DNA of 64,000 bases from an uncultured Gammaproteobacteria bacterium. GTDB taxonomy: Bacteria; Patescibacteriota; Patescibacteriia; SG8-24. The DNA is taken from contig CAYOXM010000002.1 of the NCBI GenBank assembly GCA_964407925.1, forward strand, positions 1,046-65,045. The letters run 5' to 3'. The notes under the pieces were generated by a model, which made no database searches, was not told the origin of the DNA, and saw nothing but the letters and a program-made list of their open reading frames with translations. The translations under genes and the position numbers were made by a program. How positions within the stretch are numbered: position 1 is the stretch's first letter; the number at the start of each line of letters is the position of its first letter. Shown here piece by piece: positions 46,967-56,525 of the stretch.

Positions 46967-48706
46967 ATGCACTTCCTCCTCATCGCCGCCGCAGTGGCCG
47001 TACTCGGCGCGCTGCCGTTGCTTTTTCGGCGACGGTTCGGTGCCGCGTCGAAACTCGCGGCCGTAGCGGCGCTCGTCGCCGCCGCGGTCGAATACTTCGC
47101 GCTGCCTTCGGCCGTATGGCCGTTTTGGGGAGCGACGGGCATCCTCGTCGTCGCCTGCTGGGCGGTCGCCGGCATTGTCGCCTATACGCACGACGAACGC
47201 GAGCGCGAAAGGCAGTACGACCGGCGACGCGACTACCGGTCCGTCGACAGTGCCGCCGAACGTCGGTCGCTCTTGCTCGCCGCAGGCTGGCCGGTAATCG
47301 GAGCCGTCCTGCTCGCGATACGATTCGCCTCGAGCTGGGCCGCGTTCCGCGCGCCGGAATACGTCGCGCTCATCGGCGAAGTGCAGCGGAGCGACTGGGC
47401 CAAGGACGTACAGCGCGCCGATCCGCGGCACATCCGTCTCGTGCCGCAGGAGATGGCGCACTGGCTCGCCAACAAACAGCTCGGCGAAGCGCCTGGCGCG
47501 GTCGGCAGCCAGTTCCAGATCGCCGAGGAGTCGCTGACGCTGCAGATGATCAGGGGCGAGCTGTGGTACGTCGCGCCGCTCGACTTCAAGGACTTCGGCG
47601 CCTGGCAGTCCGCCGGCGCGTCACCAGGGTACGTCATGGTGCACGCGGAAGACCCGCTGCGTCAGGTCATCGTCGTCACGGACCGGAAGTTCACGTACAC
47701 GCCGAACGCCTGCTTCGGAAACAACCTCGAACGGCATCTCTGGACCGCGGGTTGGCGCACGAAAGGCCTCACCGACTGGTCGCTCGAAATCGACGAGGCG
47801 GGCAAGGCGTGGTGGATCGTCTCCGTCTACGAGCCGACGATCGGCTGGAAGGGCGAGCGCGTGCTCGGCGTCGTCATCGTGGACCCGGAAAACGGCGATA
47901 CCGCGTTCCATGCGGTCGGCGACGTGCCGCATTGGGTGGACCGCGTGTTCCCCAAGGCGTTCGTGCAGCGCTACATCTCGTCCTGGGGCGCGTACTCGAA
48001 CGGCTGGCTGAACGGCTGGTGGTACAAGAAAGACGTCACCGAACCCGAGACGCCATCCATCGTCTATGGCGCCGACGGCGAACCGTACTGGGTGACCGGG
48101 GTGACGTCGACGAACGAGCATGACGAGTCGCTCGTCGGGCTGATGTACACGCACACCCGCACGGGGAAGTCCGTCTTCTACCGCGCGGTCGGCGGCACGG
48201 ATTCAGCCGTGCTCCAAGCGGTCAACAACAAGGTCGCCTACCGGAAGCTGCACGGCGCGAGCCCGGTCCTCTACAACCTGTACGGGACCATGGCATCCAT
48301 CGTGCCCCTCCTCGGCGAAAGCCACACCTTCCAAGGAGTGGCCATCGTCCGGATCGACAATCTCCAAGTCGCCGTCGGCGAAACGCCGGTCCAGGCGCTC
48401 GAGGAGTACCGCAAGCTCATTCCCGAAAGCGTCGACCGCATCGAACCGTCCGCAAGCGACCATTCGCGGACCATCGAGGGCAAGGTCGCCCGCATCGCCG
48501 ACATCGGCGGCGGCACATACTACGTCTACCTCGAGGGCGTTCCTACGGTGTTCGTCGGTTCGCGGGAGCATGCTCGGGCGATGCCGCTCACGAAGCCCGG
48601 CGATAAAGTACGCATCAGATACCTCGCCTCGGGCGAGTCGCCGCCCATAGTCTCGTTCGAGAACCTCTCTCTGCCGATCGTCTCCGGCCCACCGCCGGAG
48701 AAGTAG
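46967..48706 (+). CDS. Hypothetical membrane protein (about 4 TM plus large beta-rich domain)
   Basis: AAGGAG SD; TTGACA-N17-AACAGT promoter; WYVAPL.F, GYVMV, P.WVDRVFP motifs. Confidence 0.75.
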   Translation: MHFLLIAAAVAVLGALPLLFRRRFGAASKLAAVAALVAAAVEYFALPSAVWPFWGATGILVVACWAVAGIVAYTHDERERERQYDRRRDYRSVDSAAERRSLLLAAGWPVIGAVLLAIRFASSWAAFRAPEYVALIGEVQRSDWAKDVQRADPRHIRLVPQEMAHWLANKQLGEAPGAVGSQFQIAEESLTLQMIRGELWYVAPLDFKDFGAWQSAGASPGYVMVHAEDPLRQVIVVTDRKFTYTPNACFGNNLERHLWTAGWRTKGLTDWSLEIDEAGKAWWIVSVYEPTIGWKGERVLGVVIVDPENGDTAFHAVGDVPHWVDRVFPKAFVQRYISSWGAYSNGWLNGWWYKKDVTEPETPSIVYGADGEPYWVTGVTSTNEHDESLVGLMYTHTRTGKSVFYRAVGGTDSAVLQAVNNKVAYRKLHGASPVLYNLYGTMASIVPLLGESHTFQGVAIVRIDNLQVAVGETPVQALEEYRKLIPESVDRIEPSASDHSRTIEGKVARIADIGGGTYYVYLEGVPTVFVGSREHARAMPLTKPGDKVRIRYLASGESPPIVSFENLSLPIVSGPPPEK

Positions 48707-48768
48707 GAACGGCGGGCCCCTTCGCCCGCCGTCTTTTTTTTCCGGAACGCGCGTGGCATACTCGCGCC

Positions 48769-49347
48769 ATGGAAGGATTCCTCGCGCGGGCCGTGACCGC
48801 AGCCGTCGTGCTGGCGAGTTTCGGCCTCTATCACCTCGTGAACGGACGAAAGCCGCGGACGCGCGTGCTCATGACGCCGTTCGATGACGCCATCCCGTTC
48901 GTGCCCGCATTCAGCGTGCCGTATATGCTGTATTTTCCGTTCCTGTTCGGCACGGTGCTGTACGGCATTTTGGCGACCGCTGAGTGGCGCGCGGTCGCGA
49001 TGGCGACGGTGCTCATTCAAGCCGCCGCGTCGCTTACGTACCTCCTTTTTCAAACGCACGTGCCCCGGCCCATCGTCGAGGGGAAGGGACCGTTCGCGGC
49101 GCTGACGCGGTACGTCTATGCCAACGACCAGCCGTATAACTGCTTCCCGAGCCTGCACGTGGCGCACGCGGCCGGATGCCTGTACTGGTCGGCATCGTTT
49201 TTCCCCGCGTTCACGGCCGCCTTCGCCGCGCTGGCGGTCGCCATCATCCTTTCGACGATGTTCATCAAGCAGCACGCCGTCGCCGACGTCGCCGGAGGAC
49301 TCGTCCTCGTCGCGGCCGCGTTCAGCGTCGTTTCGGTCGTCGCGTGA
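48769..49347 (+). CDS. PAP2/Aur1-like (inositol phosphorylceramide synthase-like) membrane protein
   Basis: D..IPF.P.F..PY, D.PYNCFPSLHV, ST.FIKQH...D. Confidence 0.85.
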   Translation: MEGFLARAVTAAVVLASFGLYHLVNGRKPRTRVLMTPFDDAIPFVPAFSVPYMLYFPFLFGTVLYGILATAEWRAVAMATVLIQAAASLTYLLFQTHVPRPIVEGKGPFAALTRYVYANDQPYNCFPSLHVAHAAGCLYWSASFFPAFTAAFAALAVAIILSTMFIKQHAVADVAGGLVLVAAAFSVVSVVA

Positions 49348-49432
49348 GAACCCTTCGCGGCAGACGTATTCGCGCAGCGCGAAAATAAAACGCCGCCGTC
49401 TCCGGCGGCGCCCGATGTTTTTTCGAACGAGA

Positions 49433-50116
49433 TCAATCGGCCATCGTCCCGTGGATGAGCACCGTCCCGACGACCTTCCCTTGGGGATTCTTGAGCGGCG
49501 ATGCCCAAAGTTTGACGTCGATGACCGCGCCGTCCTTCCGTTTCCGTCGCGCCTTCGCGCCTTCGAGGATGCGCCCCTCGGCGATATGGCGCCGCATGCG
49601 CGTGAACTCGTCCTTGTCGGTATCCGTTATCGTGGGAAGGATTTTTCCGACGGCCTCTTCGGCGGACCAGCCGAACAGGCGGACCGACGCGGGATTCCAT
49701 TCCGTGACGTTGCCTTGCAGGTCGAGCGCGGCGATGGACGCCGGCGCCCCCTGCACGATGTCCATCATGCGTTTCGCGCGGCTTTCGCTGTCCTGCAGGC
49801 TGAGCGTCTTTTTCACGACGACCTGTTCCAGCTTGTCCGAATACTCCCGAATCTCCGCCTCGTGCCGCTCCTGCATCTTCGTCATCATCCGGAACAGGAT
49901 GGCGAGCATCGTCTGCGAGAGGACGATGGCCACGATCGTGATGAGCCAGGCCGGCCTGTCGAATTTCACCCCCGCCGGCAGCTTCGCGTCGACGAACTGC
50001 AGCAGTCCGGCGGTCGCGGCGATGCCGGTGCCGGCGATGAACACGCAGCCGGCGATGAATTTGTCGCGTAACGCCTTGATGTCGTTTGAGGTCGGCATAG
50101 GTTTTTCGTGATTCAT
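49433..50116 (-). CDS. Two-TM, coiled-coil and PAS domain protein with no output domain
   Basis: IAALDLQGNVTEWNPAS.RLFGWSAEEAVGK, RKRKDG..IDV; start overlaps the LOX stop (ATGA). Confidence 0.8.
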   Translation of the reverse strand: MNHEKPMPTSNDIKALRDKFIAGCVFIAGTGIAATAGLLQFVDAKLPAGVKFDRPAWLITIVAIVLSQTMLAILFRMMTKMQERHEAEIREYSDKLEQVVVKKTLSLQDSESRAKRMMDIVQGAPASIAALDLQGNVTEWNPASVRLFGWSAEEAVGKILPTITDTDKDEFTRMRRHIAEGRILEGAKARRKRKDGAVIDVKLWASPLKNPQGKVVGTVLIHGTMAD

Positions 50117-51864
50117 CGTCCCCACGATGCGTAGGGAGCGGTCATGAGCAAGGAAGATCCGGAATCGGGGCAGCGGAACGATACGGCACCGGTATCCGAC
50201 GTGGCCAAGGCGTCGGCCCAGAAGCACGGCGTCGTTCCCGCGCAGGCGCGAACGAGCGCTGCGGGTGCCGTGGCACGGACGGTCTCGCCGGGGGTGCAGG
50301 GGACGGCCGCGGGGCGCATGCGCCAACCGCAGTCGCGGAGCGGCCCGTACTCCAGAGTATCGCATTCCGCCGTAACCGCGCCACCCGTCCTGGGGATGCT
50401 CACGGTGACGCTCGCCCTGTCGTTCGTATAAAACTCCGGATTCTCCCTGCAGGCCTGCTTGAGCGCGGGCTTGCCCGAAGGCCCGAGTACGGGGTTTCCG
50501 GCGGCATCCAGGGCGGGAACGTACTTGCCCGGGACGGCCTCACCCTCGCACAGGAGCCGCAGCGGATTCACTTGCATGGCAAGGGAGAATTCCTGTGACT
50601 CGCCCTCGATCGCCAAGTCGGTAATGTCGATCCATTGGCAGTCGAGACCGATGAAATACTCGTCCTCCCAGCCCGCGCTGATGCCTTGGTTTTCGCAGGA
50701 GGCGAAGGGCGTGGTGAACGCCACGTCGGCGGCGTTCGCGGCGCGGCCGGTGCTTTCGACGCAGAACGACTGCTTCGCGCCCGGGAGTACGGGTTTTCCG
50801 TCCTTCTCGAGTGAAAATTCGCCGTAACCGTTAAAGTGATAGTGGCCGTGGCACTGCGACCAGGCGAATTGGTTCGTCTTTTCGATGAGCGCGTTCACGT
50901 CGCCGAAAGCCAGGTCACGATCGCCGAGGTTGGGGGTGACGGCGCGGAATCGCAGCAGCCGCCGCATTCCGGGCCCTCCCACGCAGCCCTCCGCCACGGC
51001 ACAGGAGTCGGGCGTGAAATGCTTATAGATGATGTCATAATCCTTGAGCGCTGCCGCATCGACGCTGATATCCGCACCGCCGACGGAGCGGGGGTGCGCG
51101 GCGGCGAGCTTTTCCGCGACGGCGGGGTCGTACGCGATCCGCTCCATCCGCACGTAGAGCGCCCCCACGCCGTTCTCCCGCGCCAAAACGTCGAGGCACG
51201 GCTCAAGAGGAAGGCCCCCGGGGTGTTCGCAAACGGGGACGCCGGGCGCGCATTTTGGATCGAAGTAATTTCCGTAATTGCGGTCATCCACGAGTCCGAG
51301 CGGTATCTCGTCCTGATTAGCGCAGGCGTATCCAAGCCGCTGGAAGAGATTCCGCGGGTCGGACGGCACGATGAACGTTTCGACGTGGACGCCGCCCACT
51401 TCGGCGAGCGCCTCGGCGGACTGCGCGAGCGAGTCCGCGGGGGCGACGACGTGTCCAGAAAGGACGTAGGGAATCGCGACGGTTGCCCGACGCTCGTCGT
51501 ACGTCGGATCGCCGGCCGCGAGAGCGAGGTCGTCGAACGGGATCGGCATCGCCGGTTCGCGGAAAATGACCTGAAGATAGCTGGTCGACGCCTGTCGCCG
51601 GATCAACTTTTCCAGCGTCGCCGCCGAAACTGCGCTCGGCTTCATGAAAGCCTCACGTACCGCGAGCCGACGTTCGCGGCCCTCCGGCAATTGCAGGACG
51701 ATCCGGCCGCGAACCTCGACCGTCGCCATCGCCGGTTCCGCCGTCACCTTGCCGCCGGAAGTGCCAAAATTGAGCAGGACGAGCGCCTTCACCATCACGA
51801 GCAGCACGATGACGATGAGGAGGACGATGACGCCCGTCCCGCCGTGCGGATTCCTGTTTGCCAT
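50113..51864 (-). CDS. Membrane-anchored lysyl oxidase family protein
   Basis: RRLLRF...PNLG..D, WSQCHGHYHF (Cu site), KQSFCVE (LTQ Lys), QGISAGWEDEY (LTQ Tyr), CQWIDIT. Confidence 0.85.
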   Translation of the reverse strand: MANRNPHGGTGVIVLLIVIVLLVMVKALVLLNFGTSGGKVTAEPAMATVEVRGRIVLQLPEGRERRLAVREAFMKPSAVSAATLEKLIRRQASTSYLQVIFREPAMPIPFDDLALAAGDPTYDERRATVAIPYVLSGHVVAPADSLAQSAEALAEVGGVHVETFIVPSDPRNLFQRLGYACANQDEIPLGLVDDRNYGNYFDPKCAPGVPVCEHPGGLPLEPCLDVLARENGVGALYVRMERIAYDPAVAEKLAAAHPRSVGGADISVDAAALKDYDIIYKHFTPDSCAVAEGCVGGPGMRRLLRFRAVTPNLGDRDLAFGDVNALIEKTNQFAWSQCHGHYHFNGYGEFSLEKDGKPVLPGAKQSFCVESTGRAANAADVAFTTPFASCENQGISAGWEDEYFIGLDCQWIDITDLAIEGESQEFSLAMQVNPLRLLCEGEAVPGKYVPALDAAGNPVLGPSGKPALKQACRENPEFYTNDRASVTVSIPRTGGAVTAECDTLEYGPLRDCGWRMRPAAVPCTPGETVRATAPAALVRACAGTTPCFWADALATSDTGAVSFRCPDSGSSLLMTAPYASWGR

Positions 51865-51989
51865 ACGCCTTCAGTGAATCAGATTGCGCCGTCTTTGGAC
51901 AGCAATAGGCCGCGGATTGACGCAGCGGAAAAATCGTGCGTACGATGTGGCATCGGCGAACCGCCGCTCGCTGAACAAAGGAGTTGTTC

Positions 51990-52241
51990 ATGGCACTATC
52001 CGACGACGACCGGAGACGTCTCGCTGCGGGACTCGGCACGCTTTCCGACGAGGCGCTCGGAGAGGTGAAGCGGGAACTCGACACGCTGCATGACGAACTG
52101 GCTGATGCCAATTCGCAGTTCCCCGAAACCAAGAAGTTCCTGGCCGCACGGGGGCTGACGCATGTGAAACAGCTTGACCGACAGGGCAGGGAAGACCTGA
52201 AAGCCCACCTGATGGCGGTCTTGCGCAGCATAACGAATTGA
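51990..52241 (+). CDS. Small hypothetical helical protein
   Basis: AAAGGAG SD; TTGACG-N18-TACGAT promoter; terminator-like hairpin after the stop. Confidence 0.65.
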   Translation: MALSDDDRRRLAAGLGTLSDEALGEVKRELDTLHDELADANSQFPETKKFLAARGLTHVKQLDRQGREDLKAHLMAVLRSITN

Positions 52242-52293
52242 AACTCGGCGTTCGGCCGAGTTTTTCATTAGGTCATTTTCCGCTCGTGGGCCG

Positions 52294-52322
52294 TTGACAG
52301 TTTTCTTGAAATATGCTAAGGT
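52294..52322 (+). promoter_or_regulatory. Sigma70-type promoter
   Basis: TTGACA-N17-TAAGGT with extended TG. Confidence 0.65.
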
Positions 52323-52378
52323 CGACCGTCAATCGCTCACGCGGTTGCTTTTGTTTCTAGGCTCGCATTAGCCAAATT

Positions 52379-52966
52379 ATGACAAGGACTTCCCACCTGC
52401 GCCATCCGGTGCTCAATCGAGGTCTTTTGCTCATTCTCGGAGCGTTCTTCGTAATCGGAGCCGAAAAACCGTCTTATGCCGTGGCGGCCGACGTTCCTGC
52501 CGCGCCCGTCTCAACCCTTTCGAGGTTGACCGTTAACACCCAAGAGGTACTCCCTGCAGAACCGGCCGGACCTGAACAACCTCCGTCGATGCAGGAAGTC
52601 CTGCTCGGTCTCTGCGAGAAGCGAGGATACGGGGAGGAATGCGCCAAAACCCTGCTCGGCATGGTGTGGAAGGAATCGCTCAACGACGGCAAGGCGATCG
52701 GCGACGGCGGACGCGCGCGCGGTTGGTTCCAAATCCACTACCGCCTCCATAAGATTTCGATTGCTTGCGCGGAGGACCTCGTCTGTTCCGCGCAATGGAC
52801 GCTCGACTACCTGGAACGCAACGGTTACCGCAAATGGCCGAATTACGCCGTCCAGTGCCATAACGGCTGCGGCTTCAAGAACGGCTATGCCGCGTCCGTG
52901 CGCCGACACGGCGAACGGCTCTGGAAGAACGGCCAGCCCTACGAAATGGCGCTCGCGAAAAACTGA
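52379..52966 (+). CDS. Secreted lysozyme-like/transglycosylase protein
   Basis: N-terminal hydrophobic segment; WKES (candidate catalytic Glu), GDGGRARGWFQIH, HNG, YA..V. Confidence 0.7.
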   Translation: MTRTSHLRHPVLNRGLLLILGAFFVIGAEKPSYAVAADVPAAPVSTLSRLTVNTQEVLPAEPAGPEQPPSMQEVLLGLCEKRGYGEECAKTLLGMVWKESLNDGKAIGDGGRARGWFQIHYRLHKISIACAEDLVCSAQWTLDYLERNGYRKWPNYAVQCHNGCGFKNGYAASVRRHGERLWKNGQPYEMALAKN

Positions 52967-52976
52967 GTAAGTTCCG

Positions 52977-53005
52977 AAAAACGCGCCGGTCGACCGGCGC
53001 GTTTT
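52977..53005. terminator. Terminator
   Basis: AAAACGCGCCGGTC/GACCGGCGCGTTTT palindrome. Confidence 0.75.
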
Positions 53006-53072
53006 CGTAACGCTTGGCCGTCCGCGTGATCGCTGCTAAGGTGCGGCCGGCTCTTTTGGAAAGGCGGCTGCC

Positions 53073-54023
53073 ATGCGACTCCGCGGCATCGATTTCGGAT
53101 CCGTACTCGACGCCTCGGGCGTCAGGGGATTCTTCGGGGAAGGCTATCCCTATCACCGGCTGCTGCGACCGTTCGGCCTCGATTTCGCGGGTTCGACGTT
53201 CGTCGCGAAGACAACGACGCTCTTCGCCCGCGCCGGAAACATGCCGCTGAAACGCGACCTGACACCGCAGGAACGGCTGCCGCGCTGCGTCGTCGTGAAG
53301 CCATGGAGCGGCGTGACGCTGAATGCCGTCGGGCTCTCCGGCCCGGGCGCGGCGGCGCTCCTCGAGACGGGACGCTGGCAACGTCGGGAAGAACCGTTCT
53401 TCCTCTCGTTCATGTCGATCGCCGCGACGGCGACGGAGCGGCTCGAGGAACTTTCGACGTTCATCCGCCTCCTGCGCGGGCGACTGCCGGAATTCCGGAC
53501 GCCGATCGGACTGCAGATGAACTTCTCCTGCCCGAACGTCGGCCTGCATCCGGAAGATGCCGAACGGGAAGCGCTCGACGCGCTCGACGAAGCTGCGACG
53601 CTGGATATCCCCCTCATGCCAAAGTTCAGCGTCGCGACTCCCGTGGACGTCGCCGCTGCGGTGAGTCGCCACCCCGCCTGTGACGCGCTCTGCGTGTCGA
53701 ACACCGTGCCGTGGGGACTGTTCCCCGGCCGCATCGACTGGAAAGGGCTGTTCGGCAGCGACGTCTCGCCGCTCGCGCGCTTCGGCGGCGGGGGACTGTC
53801 CGGATGGCCGCTCCTGCCCATCGTGCGCGACTGGCTCCGCAGCGCCCGCTGCCGCGGCATCGCCGTGCCCGTCAACGCGGGCGGCGGCATCTTGTCGCCG
53901 CGAGATGCCGCGCTCCTCCTCGACGAAGGCGCGGCGTCGGTCTTCATCGGGTCAGTCAGCATGCTTCGCCCTTGGCGCGTCGCCGGCATCATCCGCGCGG
54001 CGAAACGTCGTCCCCCGCGGTGA
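53073..54023 (+). CDS. pyrD: Dihydroorotate dehydrogenase-like FMN protein (family 1)
   Basis: AKTTT...R.GN, LNAVGLSGPG, NFSCPNV, SNT, GGLSG, GGGI. Confidence 0.8.
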   Translation: MRLRGIDFGSVLDASGVRGFFGEGYPYHRLLRPFGLDFAGSTFVAKTTTLFARAGNMPLKRDLTPQERLPRCVVVKPWSGVTLNAVGLSGPGAAALLETGRWQRREEPFFLSFMSIAATATERLEELSTFIRLLRGRLPEFRTPIGLQMNFSCPNVGLHPEDAEREALDALDEAATLDIPLMPKFSVATPVDVAAAVSRHPACDALCVSNTVPWGLFPGRIDWKGLFGSDVSPLARFGGGGLSGWPLLPIVRDWLRSARCRGIAVPVNAGGGILSPRDAALLLDEGAASVFIGSVSMLRPWRVAGIIRAAKRRPPR

Positions 54024-54123
54024 GCGGGGGATTTTTTTTGCCGCGTCACTGACGCAGAGGCTTCGGGGCCTGCCTTTGCGCGTCCGCCGCCGCCGATGTA
54101 CGATGGAGACGTAAACCGAGCCT

Positions 54124-54459
54124 ATGCCGTACGTCGCGCCTCAAGACCGCAAGGAACTCGACGAAGCCATCGACGCGCTGGCTGACCGCGTCGTTGAGCG
54201 CGCAAAAGCGGACGGTCACGACGCCGCCTTCGCCGGCCTGCTGAATTACAGCGTCACGCGTCTGGCGCTTGGCGTGGTACGGCGACGGTTCGGCGCGATG
54301 CGCTATTGGATCATCGCGGCGGTAACGGGAGCGCTCGCAAACGCCTCCGACGAGTTCTACCGTCGCGTGGGCGTACCGTACGAGGAGCGGCAGATCGCGA
54401 AGAACGGGGACGTGGACCTCTATCACGACTACGTCGAGGAAATAAACGGGAAAGACTGA
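54124..54459 (+). CDS. DUF6899-like small helical protein
   Basis: MPYV...R..LD, GLLNY.VTRL, EFYRRV..PYE..I..NGDV. Confidence 0.7.
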   Translation: MPYVAPQDRKELDEAIDALADRVVERAKADGHDAAFAGLLNYSVTRLALGVVRRRFGAMRYWIIAAVTGALANASDEFYRRVGVPYEERQIAKNGDVDLYHDYVEEINGKD

Positions 54460-54463
54460 CCTT

Positions 54464-54805
54464 ATGGCGAGGGCGATATTCAAACTCCTGGCGGCGACCG
54501 CCGCGGTGTTCGTCGCCGCGTACGTCCTGCCCGGCGTCGAGGTACGCGACGTTTTGACCGCCGCGATCGTCGCGGTAGTGCTGGGCGTCGCGAACGCGGT
54601 CGTGCGACCGATTCTCGTCGTGCTCACGCTTCCCGCCACGATACTCACTCTCGGCCTGTTCCTGTTCGTCATCAACTCGGTCATCGTGCTCACCGTCGAC
54701 GCGCTCGTGCCGGGATTCAGCGTGGCGGGCTTCTGGTGGGCCCTGCTGTTCAGCATCGCGGTGTCCCTGGTCAATTCGTTCCTCAACTGCCTCGGGGAAG
54801 AATAA
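54464..54805 (+). CDS. YvlD/phage holin family 4 membrane protein
   Basis: N..VRPIL..LTLP..ILTLGLF.FVIN, GF.V.GFWWAL. Confidence 0.88.
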   Translation: MARAIFKLLAATAAVFVAAYVLPGVEVRDVLTAAIVAVVLGVANAVVRPILVVLTLPATILTLGLFLFVINSVIVLTVDALVPGFSVAGFWWALLFSIAVSLVNSFLNCLGEE

Positions 54806-54850
54806 GGTGAGACGCGGCATGACCGCCCGAACGGGCGGTTTTTTCGTCGC

Positions 54851-54876
54851 GTTACGTTTCTCCGTCTGCGCCGTAG
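54851..54876 (+). promoter_or_regulatory. Putative ECF sigma promoter (copy 1)
   Basis: GTTAC-N16-CGTAG upstream of the DUF4349 gene. Confidence 0.6.
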
Positions 54877-54945
54877 AAGAATGTGGTACACTTTTTTAGG
54901 ACACTCAGGCGCGCGTCACACGCTCGCGCCGTAACCTCCGCAACC

Positions 54946-55893
54946 ATGCTTAACCGGAAACCGCTCGTCATAGGCGTTGTCGCCGTCGTCGGCCTCGCCG
55001 TGCTCCTCGCCACGGCGTCGCTCCTGCGCGATTCCCGTCCCGCCGTCACGTCCGGCTCGGCGGCGCTCGGCATCGCGCCGCAAGTCGCCCCGCGGATGCT
55101 TTCCAAAACCTCCGGCATCGCGGAAATGGCGTATGACGCGTCGGAGAACGGCAGCGCGCCGTCGATGGGCATGCCCGTCCCCATGCCGCCGACCGCCGGC
55201 GAAACCGCCGCCGAAGTCGATCAGAAAATCATCAAAAACGGCTCCATCAGGATGACCGTGGACGACGTGTCCGCGGCGTCGGACCGCATTTCGGCGATCG
55301 CGACGGCCAAGGGAGGCTTCGTCCAAGGCTCATCCTCTTCGGAAAGGACGGACGGCACGCGCGAGGGTTACGTCACCATCAGGGTTCCCTCGAAGGACTT
55401 CGAGGCGACGATGACGGAAGTGAAAGCGCTTGCGAAACTCGTCCGCAACGATTCCACGAACAGCCAGGACGTGACCGAGCAGTTCACCGACCTCGCGGCG
55501 CAGCTGCGCAACGCCAAGAAGCAGGAGGAGACGTACCTCGCCGTGCTCGCGAAGGCTTCGACGGTCGAGGACATCCTCAAGGTGCAAGAGCGCCTCGGCT
55601 ACGTTCGGGGCACCATCGAATCGCTCGAGGGACGGATGAAGTACCTCGAGAACGTCACGTCATATTCGACCGTCAGCGTCACGCTCGAGGAAGAACCGGC
55701 GGTCCGCCTGCCCACGAAGGAGTTCCGTCCGGCCGCAGCGGTGAAGGCCGCCGTGCAGGCGCTCGTCGCCGCGTTCCAAAAAACCGTCGAGGCGCTCATC
55801 TGGATTGTCATCGTCGGCGGCGGCATCGCCGCGCCCGTCGCGCTCCTCGCGTTCGCCGTCCGCGCCGTCGCGCGCCGCGCTAAAAAAGAGTGA
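54946..55893 (+). CDS. DUF4349 domain protein
   Basis: KIIKNG, GGFV..S, TIRVPS..F, DVTEQF.D, IE.LEGR.KYL, YSTV.V.L; TM at both ends. Confidence 0.88.
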   Translation: MLNRKPLVIGVVAVVGLAVLLATASLLRDSRPAVTSGSAALGIAPQVAPRMLSKTSGIAEMAYDASENGSAPSMGMPVPMPPTAGETAAEVDQKIIKNGSIRMTVDDVSAASDRISAIATAKGGFVQGSSSSERTDGTREGYVTIRVPSKDFEATMTEVKALAKLVRNDSTNSQDVTEQFTDLAAQLRNAKKQEETYLAVLAKASTVEDILKVQERLGYVRGTIESLEGRMKYLENVTSYSTVSVTLEEEPAVRLPTKEFRPAAAVKAAVQALVAAFQKTVEALIWIVIVGGGIAAPVALLAFAVRAVARRAKKE

Positions 55894-55895
55894 GT

Positions 55896-55921
55896 GTTAC
55901 CTCGAGCCGGATGCCGCGTAG
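55896..55921 (+). promoter_or_regulatory. Putative ECF sigma promoter (copy 2, autoregulatory)
   Basis: GTTAC-N16-CGTAG directly upstream of the ECF sigma gene. Confidence 0.6.
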
Positions 55922-55924
55922 TGC

Positions 55925-56521
55925 ATGACGGAGGACGACGCGATTCCCATGACCGAAAAAGACGACGGACAACTCGTCGAGGCCGCGCTCGCGGGGGATG
56001 CCGGGGCGTTTGGCGCGCTGTATGACCGGTACGTCAGGAAGATCCACGAGTACCTGTTCTACCGCTGCCACCACCGCGAAACGGCCGAAGATCTCACCAG
56101 CCTGACGTTTACGAAGGCGCTCGAGCGCCTTGCGAGCTTTGACGCGGGAAAGGGGACGTTCTCCGCATGGGTGTACCGCATCGCGCGCAACGCGCTCATC
56201 GACCACTTCCGCGCGCAGAAGCCCGGAACGGACATCGAGGACGTCTGGGACCTCCTGCGCGACGGCACCGACGTGGCACGCGACGCCGAAACCGCGGAGC
56301 GCCTGCGGCAGGTGGAGGCGCACCTCGCGGCGCTGCCGTCGGCGCAGCGCGAACTCGTCATCATGCGCGTCTGGGACGGACTGTCGTACGCGGAAATCGC
56401 GGAAGCGACCGGTAAGTCCGAAGCGGCATGCAAGATGGCCTTCTCGCGGACGATTGCCGCGCTCCGCAAGGCGCTCCCGCTCGCCGCGATCCTCCTCTTG
56501 CTCGCGAAACCGTTACCGTAA
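55925..56521 (+). CDS. ECF family RNA polymerase sigma factor
   Basis: GD..AF..LYDRY, AEDL....F.KA, F.AWVYRIARN..IDH.R, GLSYAEIA; start may be 55949. Confidence 0.92.
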   Translation: MTEDDAIPMTEKDDGQLVEAALAGDAGAFGALYDRYVRKIHEYLFYRCHHRETAEDLTSLTFTKALERLASFDAGKGTFSAWVYRIARNALIDHFRAQKPGTDIEDVWDLLRDGTDVARDAETAERLRQVEAHLAALPSAQRELVIMRVWDGLSYAEIAEATGKSEAACKMAFSRTIAALRKALPLAAILLLLAKPLP

Positions 56522-56525
56522 CCGT

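Noticed and set aside
54124-54805. Prophage remnant (holin-family and DUF6899-like genes, nearby lysozyme-like gene)
   Set aside because: No structural, terminase or integrase genes; YvlD-family proteins are ordinary chromosomal membrane proteins
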